Source: a virus
Taxonomy: Duplodnaviria; Heunggongvirae; Uroviricota; Caudoviricetes
DNA: 64,000 bases
Direction: 5' to 3' (one strand)
IMG/VR virus record: IMGVR_UViG_3300031707_004017
Positions 1 through 10,802 of this stretch are shown piece after piece. The notes beneath the pieces were generated by a model, which was given only the letters and a program-made list of their open reading frames with translations, was not told the DNA's origin and made no database searches. The position numbers were made by a program, and so were the translations under genes. Numbering within the stretch: position 1 is the first letter of the stretch; the number at the start of each line of letters is the position of its first letter.

Positions 1-408
1 CGACGTGTTGTTTAAACAAAAAACATTAACATATTGATCTGCAATAACTACTGACTTTACGCGCAATACATTTGTTTTAAGTTGTACGACATCTACAATT
101 ATTGGATCTGCATTAGAATGTGGTTCGATCTCCACTAAATTAAGGACATTTGCCGGAGTAATTTCCCATAACCAAAACCTATCTGGATTAACTGAATTAT
201 CAGAATTGAGAGCTATCGAGAGATTGAAGTGAGAAATATTAATACGGACTCGCCTAGTCAGACTGCCCTCATATTCTTTGAGGAATAGATTTCCAAAAGA
301 GGAAAACATGGTCCACAGAGTCGATCCCACAATAACGCTACTCGGGATAGACTCTAATCCTAAGCTACTAATAGGATATTCTGTTCGATCTACTACAGGA
401 ATACTCAT
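1..408 (-). CDS. hypothetical protein, partial (ORF open to window start; first ATG at 408..406)
   Basis: Hand translation of minus strand from 408 to 1 gives 136 codons with no stop (MSIPVVDRTEYPISSLGLESIPSS...); continues past window edge; overlaps and supersedes the + strand ORF 278..571. Confidence 0.5.
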   Translation of the reverse strand, partial: MSIPVVDRTEYPISSLGLESIPSSVIVGSTLWTMFSSFGNLFLKEYEGSLTRRVRINISHFNLSIALNSDNSVNPDRFWLWEITPANVLNLVEIEPHSNADPIIVDVVQLKTNVLRVKSVVIADQYVNVFCLNNTS

Positions 409-417
409 ATTTTTCTG

Positions 418-612
418 TTATCTAAAAACGAGTGGAATACCTGTTGGTGTTCCAAATAAATCACCGAGTATTTTAAAATTTGAATTGTTTATTTCTTCAA
501 TGTTCGCCTTGATAACTTCTCTGTCAGGACTGTCTTTTTTAATTTCTGTTTCTGACAGATCAATCCTGTAATTAATCTTGGCAAGTTCACCAATAATCAT
601 GGGCTTGTCCAT
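418..612 (-). CDS. small hypothetical protein (64 aa)
   Basis: ORF track; lies immediately downstream of the 1092-aa gene and in the same frame as the 1..408 ORF, separated only by a TAA. Confidence 0.35.
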   Translation of the reverse strand: MDKPMIIGELAKINYRIDLSETEIKKDSPDREVIKANIEEINNSNFKILGDLFGTPTGIPLVFR

Positions 613-623
613 AGTTATCTCCC

Positions 624-3600
624 TTAGTTAAAAAGTGTGTACGTATATGTCAATGTCAAATTCTTTCCCGCGTCAGCAGCAGCAAACACAAAAACACCGT
701 TTGTTCCTGCATAGTAAGTACCAGTGGTAGGAACGGGTTGCTGTAAATAACATGTTCCTGAACCATTGTCAACTATATCGATAGCAGTACCCAGCAACGC
801 ATCTGCATAGGTCAATGCCAATTTTATTCTTGTTGCATCTACACGAATAGCATAATAGATTGCCTGATCAACTAAAAATCTAGGGAGATAACCAGACGGC
901 GAATATACCATACAGGGTGTGCCTGTAGCGATATCAACACCAACGGTCAGAATATCCGTTGTATAATCTGAAGAGAAAGCAACTTGAGAAGGTATGACAT
1001 GCCTTGTATATCTTGTTGCGCCCTCGTATACCTCCGTCAGAAAATCAATGGTATCGAGCTCCCTGAAATCAGGATCTGATGTTGCAGGAATATGATATGT
1101 GTAGGCAGCAGCGCCAGGAACAGAGACCGCAGCAGAATCAACTAATCTTGCTGAGCAGGCGTATTGCCTTGCTTTCATATTAACAGTTTGCAAATTATCC
1201 TTGAACTTATAGGGTCCATAGCAATAAGTGAATCTTTCCGACACTACAAACTGTGTATCCCATGGTTTCAAGGTCGCATTATTAAAAGCTACGGAAGTCC
1301 CATCAAGCAAAGTGTGCGTTCCTGTTTTTGGAATGTATCTCTCTCCTGAATTATCTTTTACCCAAGCTGCTCCATTCCACCCAAATTTGAATTGTGTACC
1401 TAATCTACTACCGATAGAACTTATGATTGGACCAGTCATACCTATAAATACACCATTGCCATTAACATCGATAGGAATAGCTCCAGATGCAAAGAAATAT
1501 GATGGATATTGTGTGGGAGTATAAACTGTATCTCCTCTATTAATATCTACAACAGATGATCCTATGTAATAGAGCTCAATATAGAACTTATATCCTCCAA
1601 CATAAACATGGATATTAGGCATTAAATAGCAGGTATCAGAAAGCTGTTGCATCTGGCAGTTAAGTTTGTAACTATAGTAAGTAACCCCAGCAATAGTATG
1701 CAATTGTGTTTTTGATCCAGTCCCTTTACCTGTAACAGTAACTGAATATTGATACCAAGCAGATGGAGATCGTATCACAATATTGTCGGTTCCTTTTCTT
1801 ATGCGTCCCCCATATTGGGCATCAGCTGCCACGTTTATTATGAACCAACCTATACCATCATCCATAACCCATACTGCTAAATGGATATCACTACTAGCAT
1901 CATAATCAGTACCATTAAGACCTGCCCGCAAGACTCTTCCATTGTAAACATCAATCTGTCCTGCTTGAATGTTACAGTCATTGGCAGACATTCCTTCCAA
2001 CGCATTTCCTGTTCCGGAAATATACTGTGTTGCAGTAAGTGCTCCTGCATCTATTTTGGACAAGCCGGTAGTATGTCCTGACCACAATTTACCTGTTACC
2101 GGATCAAGTGCCAAATCTTGAATGTTGGTATCAATAATACCAGCAACAGTTATCAATGCAGGTGCTACTGTTGGATTCGTCGTATCATATTTATAAATCC
2201 CATCACTAGTTCCTATGTAGATGTCTGTTCCTATTGCGACCATTTTGCAAAATACTGTCGAAGAAGTACCGAATTTTTTAAAAGATTTAGATGTCTCAAT
2301 ACTCCAGAAATACCACCGGCATATATTCAAAACATTGTTTACCCTGCTCTTTTGAACTGTCCAGAGATAATTTCCTATCTTGATCCATCCCTCTACCAAG
2401 TCAGGATTCGATGCCGACCAAACTGAACCACCCTCTCCTGTATCATAACTGTCATCATAAACTGCAGGCTGTACTTTATTATCAGCATCAATTGCCATGA
2501 CCATCTGCCTGAGAGCTCCGTTCAAGTACCAAGGTTCCAACTCCAACTGATACTTTCCGGTATTCCACCGTATAATGGTGTGCGTTCCTGTTCCTGCATC
2601 ATTGAGAGTTATTGGTGTCCCACCTTGAGATGTGGCTACCTTCATGCTCGTTCCACTCTTGTATACAATGTAATAGCTAGTATCAGCAAGTAGTGGACTA
2701 GGTAATGTATTTGTCGTTGTGAATCTAACCAACTCATCGACCAAATGATCCTGGCTGGAATTTGTAGTTAATGTATCAGTTGGCGGCCCAGAAACTGTAA
2801 ATGTATCATCAATAACATCACTAGCATCACCTGTCTTTGTTATCTTGATACGTGTGACAATCGGATATTTGTTAGTTGGAGTACCTGATGGAGTGACTGT
2901 ACCAAAGGATTCCGGTGGATATGAAGGATCACTGAATATCTGCCCTATTCGACTTTCAGGATGAACGAAAACACGAGAAAATGATGGAAGATTATCTTTC
3001 ACTTTGTTGTATCCGAAAGTTACGTCAAAGAATGTTGTTGGTGGAGAAGTTCCACCTTCCTTATACGACATTGGACCTCTAGGAAAAGCAATACATCCTA
3101 ATGGACCAGGTATATCAGCAACTACAAAATCGTAAGTATAATTCGCCGCAAAAACCGCCCCATAGTTTGTTATTTCAGAAGGCACGCAATTCGCTATGAT
3201 ATAAACTGACCTTGCCAAATTATTTTTATCTTCTGGTTCAATGAATGGAGTAACAGAAAAATACCTCCATGTACTAGCAGGATATGCATCACTGTATTTG
3301 CCTATCAATATGTCTAACGTAGTATTGTTGTTATAGGGACCATATATCAAAGCACCTTTGTTGATATAGTAGTCAATATACCTATTTGATGGAGAATTTA
3401 AATCATTCGTATTTGATGTATATGAAACATAAATCGTGTACTTAACATAAAGATATTGATTTGTGTTCTGTGTGATAGGTGTTGATAACTGAATAAAAGA
3501 AATCCAATTTAACTGACCTACAAACTGACGATAGAAATCAATACCGATTAACTGAATTGTTCTTGGAGAACCAACAGGTGGAGAAAAATTATGTTCTGAT

Positions 3601-3902
3601 CTACGAAAATTTAACGTCGTATCAAGAACCTCAGTAGTAACACCACTAGCGAGAATATTGAAATACGAAGTAGCACCGGCTCTTCTGTAGTCTCCTGATG
3701 ATGGCACAGTGTCTGACAAAAGAATATGAAAATATGGACCATAACCACTATTTGGTGCCTGAAATGTAAAAGCACTAGATAATTGTAGGAGTGGAATAAG
3801 CATGTAATCGTTTACAGTATTCCATTGTGATCCCTCTTGATCAACGTTTCCTGTATCCTTGTTGATAAGCTGCCAGTCGTACCGACCTTTTAATTTTAGC
3901 AT
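624..3902 (-). CDS. large virion structural protein (1092 aa), tail-fibre/baseplate-like, beta-rich G/T/S/N/Y composition
   Basis: Long ORF; SD AAGGGAGA upstream of ATG at 3902; composition and size typical of phage fibre/baseplate proteins; no catalytic motifs recognised. Confidence 0.75.
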   Translation of the reverse strand: MLKLKGRYDWQLINKDTGNVDQEGSQWNTVNDYMLIPLLQLSSAFTFQAPNSGYGPYFHILLSDTVPSSGDYRRAGATSYFNILASGVTTEVLDTTLNFRRSEHNFSPPVGSPRTIQLIGIDFYRQFVGQLNWISFIQLSTPITQNTNQYLYVKYTIYVSYTSNTNDLNSPSNRYIDYYINKGALIYGPYNNNTTLDILIGKYSDAYPASTWRYFSVTPFIEPEDKNNLARSVYIIANCVPSEITNYGAVFAANYTYDFVVADIPGPLGCIAFPRGPMSYKEGGTSPPTTFFDVTFGYNKVKDNLPSFSRVFVHPESRIGQIFSDPSYPPESFGTVTPSGTPTNKYPIVTRIKITKTGDASDVIDDTFTVSGPPTDTLTTNSSQDHLVDELVRFTTTNTLPSPLLADTSYYIVYKSGTSMKVATSQGGTPITLNDAGTGTHTIIRWNTGKYQLELEPWYLNGALRQMVMAIDADNKVQPAVYDDSYDTGEGGSVWSASNPDLVEGWIKIGNYLWTVQKSRVNNVLNICRWYFWSIETSKSFKKFGTSSTVFCKMVAIGTDIYIGTSDGIYKYDTTNPTVAPALITVAGIIDTNIQDLALDPVTGKLWSGHTTGLSKIDAGALTATQYISGTGNALEGMSANDCNIQAGQIDVYNGRVLRAGLNGTDYDASSDIHLAVWVMDDGIGWFIINVAADAQYGGRIRKGTDNIVIRSPSAWYQYSVTVTGKGTGSKTQLHTIAGVTYYSYKLNCQMQQLSDTCYLMPNIHVYVGGYKFYIELYYIGSSVVDINRGDTVYTPTQYPSYFFASGAIPIDVNGNGVFIGMTGPIISSIGSRLGTQFKFGWNGAAWVKDNSGERYIPKTGTHTLLDGTSVAFNNATLKPWDTQFVVSERFTYCYGPYKFKDNLQTVNMKARQYACSARLVDSAAVSVPGAAAYTYHIPATSDPDFRELDTIDFLTEVYEGATRYTRHVIPSQVAFSSDYTTDILTVGVDIATGTPCMVYSPSGYLPRFLVDQAIYYAIRVDATRIKLALTYADALLGTAIDIVDNGSGTCYLQQPVPTTGTYYAGTNGVFVFAAADAGKNLTLTYTYTLFN

Positions 3903-3912
3903 ATATTCTCCC

Positions 3913-6900
3913 TTACGATGAAACTGTGATTATTCCAACATATCCTGTACTAAGACCGGTATCCTTGCTATCAGATTCATAGTCTCGAATTGTTTCAAAT
4001 TCAGATGTTTTTTCAATTATTCCTTGGTATCCTTGACTAAGACCAGTATCTTTGTTGTCTGTTTTATAGTCTCGGATAGTTTCATATTCAAAAGTTTTTG
4101 AAATAATTCCTTCGTGTCCTGATCCCAACCCAACACTTGTTGGTCGTTCAATGATCTCATCAGTAATATGAGTTGGATCAGGAAATGTTTGTAACTCAAA
4201 TGGATCAAAAACTTTTAATATTCCATAATTTGCTGGTAACGTAGTATATGGCGTATTAATCAACTTATTATTCACCCTGACACCTACATAAAATGTATCA
4301 GTTCCATACGTCCATTGAAACCATCTATTTAAACTACTCAAATCAGCAAGTAAATCATATACTGCAATTGAAGTCACTAATACATAACTTCCACCTGTGT
4401 ATCTAAAAAATTCTACATAATATGGATAGTTAATATAAGACAAATAACTTCCAGTTAAATATGGTAAATACATGAATGGCTGATAAACTCCCAGTACTTT
4501 TCTATAACCTACTCCATAATAAGCAAATGGATACAGATCGACTCCCTGCGGAGCAGTAACAACTCCCTCGTATCCACTTCCCAGAGACACAGGCAATGAA
4601 CTTTGCGGATAGGGATTCATATTTATCTGGAGCATATTCGCACTAACAATAGTATGAGGTAGGTAACTTAATGTCAAAGGATCAGAAAAATCAATAATTC
4701 TTACAAATACAGCACTGTCTTTTAAATAAGATAAATAAATCTTACCAGTAACATCAATAAACGCTTTTGGTTGTTCCCCTACATTGAGCGTATATTCTTT
4801 ACTATCCCATACTCCCGGAGAGGTTTGTGATTTAACAGAAATATAATTTCCAACTTTTTCCCATCTTTCAAGCAATGTTATTTCACTACTTCCAGAATAA
4901 ACAAAAGCTAAAATTATTACATCTTTAACTAAATCTGAGTCCCATACATCTGTAATAGTGACTGTACCTGTATTAGATACATACAATAATTGATACGTGT
5001 CGTGCGTAGCATAAACATCAACAGCAGACCATGAAACAGATATTGCATTTATAGAACCTGAACCAGCAGGAACGTGAATTGTAAATGGCATGTCCCATGT
5101 TAAAAAAGCAGTTATTGGCGAATAATTAGTTAGACCAGATTTTAATTGTTTTTCATAAAAAACAACGCGTTTTCCATCGGGTTCAACAATTACAGCAGTG
5201 TTATAATTTTGACGTTCTGAATCAGTGTCAGATGTTAATGTGTTTAATGTTCTCTGAAAAATACTAGTAGTAATATAATTGCTTTTAATTTCTGTGTCTG
5301 TCGTTCCTCTAGATGAAATTAAAGTAACAGTAAATGCACCGAGCGCAGTATAAATATGACTTGGATTTTGCATTGTTGAATGAAGAGTACTGTCACCAAA
5401 ATCCCAATCCCAACTTGTCGGATTACCTACAGACAAATCTGCGAAATTGACTGTTAACGGCGCAGGTCCTATAATGGGCGTTGCTGAAAAATCTGCGACC
5501 ATATTAATAGTGATATAATCGACTTTTGTTTCAATGTCAGTCGATGTTAAATTTGATGCAATTAATATTATAGTATATATGCCTGCATTTTGATAATCAT
5601 GTGATGGATTTTGTGTTGTAGAATGAGGCGATCCATCACCAAAGTCCCAATCCCAAGATATCGGCATTCCTGTAGAAAGATCTGTAAAATTAACAAGGAG
5701 ACTTGCATCACCGGTCAATGGCACTGCTGAAAAATCTGCAGCAATAGCAGCTATTTGTTCTACACCGCATACAGCAAATGTAACAGGACTATTTTGATTG
5801 TTATATTCTGTTTTAATCCAGTCAGCAGATAAAGCCGATGCAAAAACTCGTGCTTCGTCTATTTTTCCAGAAAAGAAATCCGTCCATGAGCCTGGATAAT
5901 CTGCCCCTATCCCAAAGGGTCCAGAATCAGCTATAGGAGTTCCTGTTACAGATTGAGACCCTCGTTCAATTCCGTTGATATATAGTTTTACAGTAGAGCC
6001 ATTGTAAATAGCAGTTACATAAGACCATAACCCAGTAGGAACAGTCACAGATGAAGTTAATGAACTTGGTGACAAACCATTGTTAAATAAGACAATATAC
6101 CCCGAAGGATCTACATCAAAAATGTAATTATGTGTTCCAGAACCGTTTTGCCTTTTTGCTATAATAGTAGCGTATCCATAGCTACTTAGATTTATCCAAG
6201 CCGATAAAGTAAATGAGCCTGTTATGTCTTGCTTATCATCTGTATCAGTTCTGTAAGCATAACTACTGCCATTAAAATTATACCCATTTTCAATCTGTCC
6301 TATAGTAGAAGAAGCTCCGGCATTAGTCAGGCTGACGTTCTGTGTAGAAGAATCAGATAAACTCTGTAAGTGATAAATGCCTTTCGGTACTAAACTGTCC
6401 CATAAATCATAATCATTAGCTTTAGTAGATCCACCATATAGGCAGTAAATAATTTTATTAATAGCAGTACCGAGTGACGGGATTTGCACCCATGCCTCTA
6501 CCTTACTCGTTCCTGGATTGTATAAGACTATCTCTCTTTTCAATTCAGTCACACTATCTGTATCGAAAAATCTTATATCAAGACCAGTTGTATCTATAAC
6601 ATGAGCCCAGAAACCGGCAGGGATAGATGAGCAGAATTCAGAAAACAAATACACAAAATTGGAATTTGTACCTTGAACTTTAGTCTTATCTATTGTAATA
6701 GGAAATTTGTATATTCTTGTAACATCTTCTTCTGCACTACATAATGAAAACGTAGCAGGATCATTTTGATTGTTGTATTCAGTTTTTATCCAATCAGATA
6801 AAAAAGAGGACTTAAATATCCGAACGTCATCAATAAATCCAGTAAAATATTCAGCTGGGAAAGGATTTCTACCAATATTTAGATTATTTGCAAAACTAGT

Positions 6901-8352
6901 AAAATTGTCTGTTGTAGTGTCTGATGATCCGCCACCAGAATCCTCGACTCCATCAACATATATAAAAAGTTTATCTGTTACAACATTTCGAACTCCTACC
7001 ACTAAATGCCAATTACCATCAACAATATTTGTTAGACCTAGAGCTTGAGAGGAATTTCCACTATTATCTTTAATTATAAATCTTGCTACATTAGTGTCTG
7101 TAACATCGAGTATATAATAAGGACCTGCTGATGCCCCTCTTCGCATTATTTCAGTATATCCAGTGCTACTTGTTTTTATCCAAGCAGAAAGAACAAAACT
7201 ATCCGATGACAAAAAAGAGATATTAGCGCCCATATCAACATAAGCCGACCCATTCAACGAAATGGCCCTATTGATCTTACCTAAGCCAAATGTAGTGCCG
7301 TAATTGGTACCATTCACTAAACCTAAAGCACCATTATAACTGTCCTGAAAATGCCAATTCTCCTTTGCTGATAAATCAGACCATACCGTTGTATCATTAG
7401 ATCTTGTGACTCCACCGTACTGGCAGTAAATGACTTTATTAGCAGCAGTACCTAGTGATAGGATTTGTACCCATGCCTCAACTTTACTCGTTCCAGGATT
7501 ATATAGAACTATCTCTCTCTTCAATTCAGTTACACCATCCGTATCAAAAAATCGAATATCCAGCCCTGTAGTTGTATCAACAACATGTGACCAGAATCCG
7601 GAAGGAATAGAAGAGCAGAGTTCATTGAACAAGTACGAAAAATTAGTAAGATCATCTCCAAAATGTAACAATATCTTTGTGTAAGAATCACTGGAATATT
7701 TAGATGTTGGAGGAATAAATCCTGATGTCCAACGAGCTATTCCTTTTGAAAATCTAAATTCATCAATATTACCATTAAAAGAACCTAGAGTACCAGTATT
7801 CATGTTCCCAATAGTTACAGGATAAGTAGAATCTAGAGCAAAATATCCTGTTAAGGTGACAGATGCTTGATAAATACCATCGACGTATAAAGTAAAGACA
7901 TCCCCATATCTTACACAGGCCACATGATGCCAAATATTATCATTAACATTGTTAATTGAACTAAGTGTGGTGTGTGAGGGATACGATTTATAATCTGGAA
8001 ACCAATACAATTTACTACTAGAAACATAAAGAAGATGAGCTATGTTACCTGGATTGCCATCATTATCTCCTTGATAAAACAACATGCCAAAACCAACTTG
8101 TGTTGTTTTAAACCACAAATCAATGGTATAATCGCCTGTACCCGTAGCAAAATCTGCATGATCTGGTGTTAATATATAAGTTCCAGAGACTCCATCAAAA
8201 ACACCAGAGGCAGGAGCAAATTCATAATCTCCTGTACTCAGCTTGGCATTACCAGCGGCAGTCCAAACTTTGCCTGATACGTCAATAAAGCTCGTGCTAT
8301 TATTAACGCTTTGTACTTTGGTTTTATCGATTGTAATAGGAAATCTGTACAT
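3913..8352 (-). CDS. giant structural protein (1479 aa) with three LamG/ConA-like lectin modules and two PKD domains
   Basis: PKD signatures WDWDFGDGSPHSTTQNPSHDYQNAGIYTI and WDWDFGDSTLHSTMQNPSHIYTALGAFTV; LamG-like modules ending DDVRIFKSSFLSDWIKTEYNNQNDP / DEARVFASALSADWIKTEYNNQNSP; internal duplication (see repeat feature). Confidence 0.85.
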   Translation of the reverse strand: MYRFPITIDKTKVQSVNNSTSFIDVSGKVWTAAGNAKLSTGDYEFAPASGVFDGVSGTYILTPDHADFATGTGDYTIDLWFKTTQVGFGMLFYQGDNDGNPGNIAHLLYVSSSKLYWFPDYKSYPSHTTLSSINNVNDNIWHHVACVRYGDVFTLYVDGIYQASVTLTGYFALDSTYPVTIGNMNTGTLGSFNGNIDEFRFSKGIARWTSGFIPPTSKYSSDSYTKILLHFGDDLTNFSYLFNELCSSIPSGFWSHVVDTTTGLDIRFFDTDGVTELKREIVLYNPGTSKVEAWVQILSLGTAANKVIYCQYGGVTRSNDTTVWSDLSAKENWHFQDSYNGALGLVNGTNYGTTFGLGKINRAISLNGSAYVDMGANISFLSSDSFVLSAWIKTSSTGYTEIMRRGASAGPYYILDVTDTNVARFIIKDNSGNSSQALGLTNIVDGNWHLVVGVRNVVTDKLFIYVDGVEDSGGGSSDTTTDNFTSFANNLNIGRNPFPAEYFTGFIDDVRIFKSSFLSDWIKTEYNNQNDPATFSLCSAEEDVTRIYKFPITIDKTKVQGTNSNFVYLFSEFCSSIPAGFWAHVIDTTGLDIRFFDTDSVTELKREIVLYNPGTSKVEAWVQIPSLGTAINKIIYCLYGGSTKANDYDLWDSLVPKGIYHLQSLSDSSTQNVSLTNAGASSTIGQIENGYNFNGSSYAYRTDTDDKQDITGSFTLSAWINLSSYGYATIIAKRQNGSGTHNYIFDVDPSGYIVLFNNGLSPSSLTSSVTVPTGLWSYVTAIYNGSTVKLYINGIERGSQSVTGTPIADSGPFGIGADYPGSWTDFFSGKIDEARVFASALSADWIKTEYNNQNSPVTFAVCGVEQIAAIAADFSAVPLTGDASLLVNFTDLSTGMPISWDWDFGDGSPHSTTQNPSHDYQNAGIYTIILIASNLTSTDIETKVDYITINMVADFSATPIIGPAPLTVNFADLSVGNPTSWDWDFGDSTLHSTMQNPSHIYTALGAFTVTLISSRGTTDTEIKSNYITTSIFQRTLNTLTSDTDSERQNYNTAVIVEPDGKRVVFYEKQLKSGLTNYSPITAFLTWDMPFTIHVPAGSGSINAISVSWSAVDVYATHDTYQLLYVSNTGTVTITDVWDSDLVKDVIILAFVYSGSSEITLLERWEKVGNYISVKSQTSPGVWDSKEYTLNVGEQPKAFIDVTGKIYLSYLKDSAVFVRIIDFSDPLTLSYLPHTIVSANMLQINMNPYPQSSLPVSLGSGYEGVVTAPQGVDLYPFAYYGVGYRKVLGVYQPFMYLPYLTGSYLSYINYPYYVEFFRYTGGSYVLVTSIAVYDLLADLSSLNRWFQWTYGTDTFYVGVRVNNKLINTPYTTLPANYGILKVFDPFELQTFPDPTHITDEIIERPTSVGLGSGHEGIISKTFEYETIRDYKTDNKDTGLSQGYQGIIEKTSEFETIRDYESDSKDTGLSTGYVGIITVSS
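5740..7660. repeat. intragenic tandem duplication (~1 kb unit x2) inside the 1479-aa gene
   Basis: DNA at ~7440-7630 and ~6480-6670 is near-identical (e.g. ...cccatgcctc.actttactcgttcc.ggatt.tata.gactatctctct.ttcaattcagt.aca...); protein repeats YLF.E.CSSIP.GFW.HV.DTTGLDIRFFDTD.VTELKREIVLYNPGTSKVEAWVQI at aa ~237 and ~572; FPITIDKTKVQ at aa 4 and 556. Confidence 0.8.
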
Positions 8353-8390
8353 ATTATTTTCAATGATTCGTTAGAAATCTTAACTAGAAT

Positions 8391-10178
8391 TCAATTTGTT
8401 ACAATGTCGCTAATATCATACGCATCGACATCAATACTGGTACCCGCATCAATGTATACATCTGTTACAAAATTTAAATTTACATCATATTTTGATATCT
8501 TTTTCCTATCTACATTATACGTTAACAAATCACCATTATAATCTTCTTTAAGCCATCTAACAACCTTTGATATTTTATTAGAAGCGCCAACACTTTCATA
8601 CGATGAATTAACTTTTATAATTCGTTGACCATTATTAAGATACAAATATCCGTTAGAATGATAAACCATTCCATAATATATTTGTGGTAATTCACCTATA
8701 ATTGATCTATTTATAAACATTGAAAAATTTGCTGACTCAGTGGTCTCATAAACATCTAAACCGGCACCCACAACTAATATTTTATTTACATCAAATCCTC
8801 TACAAATAGCAATCGGTTGTCCCTTTAAACCACCTATAGTGTGTAAATTATCACTTGTTATAATATTAACCAAATTGAAATCTAATTTCTGAATTCTAGT
8901 ATAATCGTTATTAAACACGCCAACAACATAAAGACAATCGCCTGCTCCAGAATCATGAATCATTATTCTATAAGGCCGACCAATTGTTGTAACAGTACTA
9001 TATTCAGACACGTATAGTAAACTCGAATTAACCAACTTAATAATACGACTATTCAACGAGTCACAAATATAAACATTATTTGAATTAACAGTAATACCTT
9101 GTGGAAATTTTAACATTGTATTATCCGAGCCTGCTTCGCCATACAATCCGAATTCAATACCCGTGTATATAGCGGGTATAACATTTGATTGCAACTGCTT
9201 TACGACGTGTCTCTTTGTTCGTTGTGCTACATATAGCATATTGACTGTTGTAGATCCCCAAACAGACAAAGTATCGCCACCCACCTCACCTGCCATTACA
9301 AAGGCAACACCATTATAACCCAATATTCTTGATATACCAAGAGCTTCAGGATAAGGTGCAGAACTAACAATAGCAAATGGATCCGTCGATGGGTCAAGAA
9401 GTGATATTGTCCAAGGTCCATACCTTGGGGAGGTTGCATACAATAAAGTGCCATCAAACCACATTTGATTCGAACTAATCGATCTATAATCAGTACCAGG
9501 AGCTTTATGCCCATTCGATCGATCTATAAGTCCTAAATTACCAGTTCCGGGATATCGTGAAATAAATAAATGGCCATAACCACCTCGTAATCCATTATTA
9601 GAAGAGGGATACGAACTTCCATTACTTCCTAAAGCTGGTGGAGGGCCATCTGATACCGATTGATAATATAAATATGATAAATTACCATAATAAAACGCAT
9701 TTATGGCATATGGCTGCGGTAAAAGATTGGGGGTGTTTCCTCTAACATCTATAGATCTACTTCCTCGGTAAGTAAAAGAAGATCCATCGAATGTTAGTAA
9801 ATATGCAGTTCCGGTTCCAGGTCCGCCACCACCAGAAACAGCGGATAGAAATAATATTCTGTCGCCAGGATTAGTAACTGCAAAATAGTTGGCACTACCA
9901 ACTACAGAGCGGGCAATCGACCCAACCTCTGCAAATAAAGACCCGTTGAATGTATACGCCTTGAAATATGATCCCTCAATACGGAAGAGGTAACTCCCAT
10001 TATAAAAAATTGTTGAACCACCCGGAACTAGATATTCTGCAACAAGATTCAGTGTAGAACCCGTCCACTGATAAGCATGCATACCTGTGCTATCATTAAT
10101 AATAAGATAACCTGAATTATCTATTGTTGCATTACCGAAAGGAATAGATGTTGTGCTATATAATTTTAAAAAGGCCAT
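8391..10178 (-). CDS. NHL-repeat beta-propeller protein (595 aa), receptor-binding/fibre paralog 1 with extra N-terminal domain
   Basis: NHL-like motif YICDSLNSRIIKL; internal YVAQRTKRHVVKQL matches N-termini of the two downstream paralogs; conserved C-terminal DVYIDAGTSIDVDAYDISDIV; SD GAGGA. Confidence 0.8.
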   Translation of the reverse strand: MAFLKLYSTTSIPFGNATIDNSGYLIINDSTGMHAYQWTGSTLNLVAEYLVPGGSTIFYNGSYLFRIEGSYFKAYTFNGSLFAEVGSIARSVVGSANYFAVTNPGDRILFLSAVSGGGGPGTGTAYLLTFDGSSFTYRGSRSIDVRGNTPNLLPQPYAINAFYYGNLSYLYYQSVSDGPPPALGSNGSSYPSSNNGLRGGYGHLFISRYPGTGNLGLIDRSNGHKAPGTDYRSISSNQMWFDGTLLYATSPRYGPWTISLLDPSTDPFAIVSSAPYPEALGISRILGYNGVAFVMAGEVGGDTLSVWGSTTVNMLYVAQRTKRHVVKQLQSNVIPAIYTGIEFGLYGEAGSDNTMLKFPQGITVNSNNVYICDSLNSRIIKLVNSSLLYVSEYSTVTTIGRPYRIMIHDSGAGDCLYVVGVFNNDYTRIQKLDFNLVNIITSDNLHTIGGLKGQPIAICRGFDVNKILVVGAGLDVYETTESANFSMFINRSIIGELPQIYYGMVYHSNGYLYLNNGQRIIKVNSSYESVGASNKISKVVRWLKEDYNGDLLTYNVDRKKISKYDVNLNFVTDVYIDAGTSIDVDAYDISDIVTN

Positions 10179-10180
10179 TT

Positions 10181-10723
10181 TTAATCCTCAAAGTGAAACT
10201 CTGGAACCTCGTATCTCTTTTCTTCAAATTTTATTGGATTACCTTCTGAATCATAGAGCCTTTTACTACTAAGCATATAATGCTCATAGCTATTAGGATC
10301 AAATACCTTTTGCAATCCCTGATCAAAACCAACTTCCAGTATTTTCTTTATGGTATCACAACAATTATTAGACCCTATCATACAATCCATGCAGGTTTCA
10401 GTAAAATATGGGAAACCAGACTCCATCTCTGGTATGTACTTTAGATACACATCTGTATCCAGGTACAGTAGATTAGGAATTGAAACTGCTTTATTAAATC
10501 GTATGGGATCTGTTATATTCATAAATGTCGATGGGCCAAAATCCAGATCCTCCACAGGTGTATCAAAATATTTCTGAACATCAGAATTGGTCATTAATGT
10601 AAATGTATGACCACCAGCAGCTGCTAGTTCACGAGCCCTGCTTATACACTCTACCCTTTTATCCCGTGCAGGATCAGGATATGCTTTGATAAAAAGATCT
10701 ATCATTAAAACATTTAGATTCAT
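10181..10723 (-). CDS. hypothetical protein (180 aa)
   Basis: ORF between NHL paralogs; contains YLDTDVY (DxD-like) but no confident family assignment. Confidence 0.55.
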   Translation of the reverse strand: MNLNVLMIDLFIKAYPDPARDKRVECISRARELAAAGGHTFTLMTNSDVQKYFDTPVEDLDFGPSTFMNITDPIRFNKAVSIPNLLYLDTDVYLKYIPEMESGFPYFTETCMDCMIGSNNCCDTIKKILEVGFDQGLQKVFDPNSYEHYMLSSKRLYDSEGNPIKFEEKRYEVPEFHFED

Positions 10724-10802
10724 TTACTTTTTTAACCTTTTGTTGGTTCCTGTTTCTATTATCATTCATTTTTACTTATTTTATCATTATGCATAGTATT
10801 AT

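Noticed and set aside
278-571. Plus-strand ORF (97 aa) from the ORF track
   Set aside because: Entirely overlapped by the longer minus-strand frame 1..408 and by 418..612. Composition and lack of an RBS suggest a shadow ORF.
1164-8541. Numerous plus-strand ORFs (e.g. 1164..1349, 1228..1524, 1881..2081, 2118..2426, 6770..7048, 7430..7684, 8311..8541) inside the giant minus-strand structural genes
   Set aside because: Antisense shadow ORFs within long, confidently coding minus-strand genes. They have no RBS and are low-complexity.
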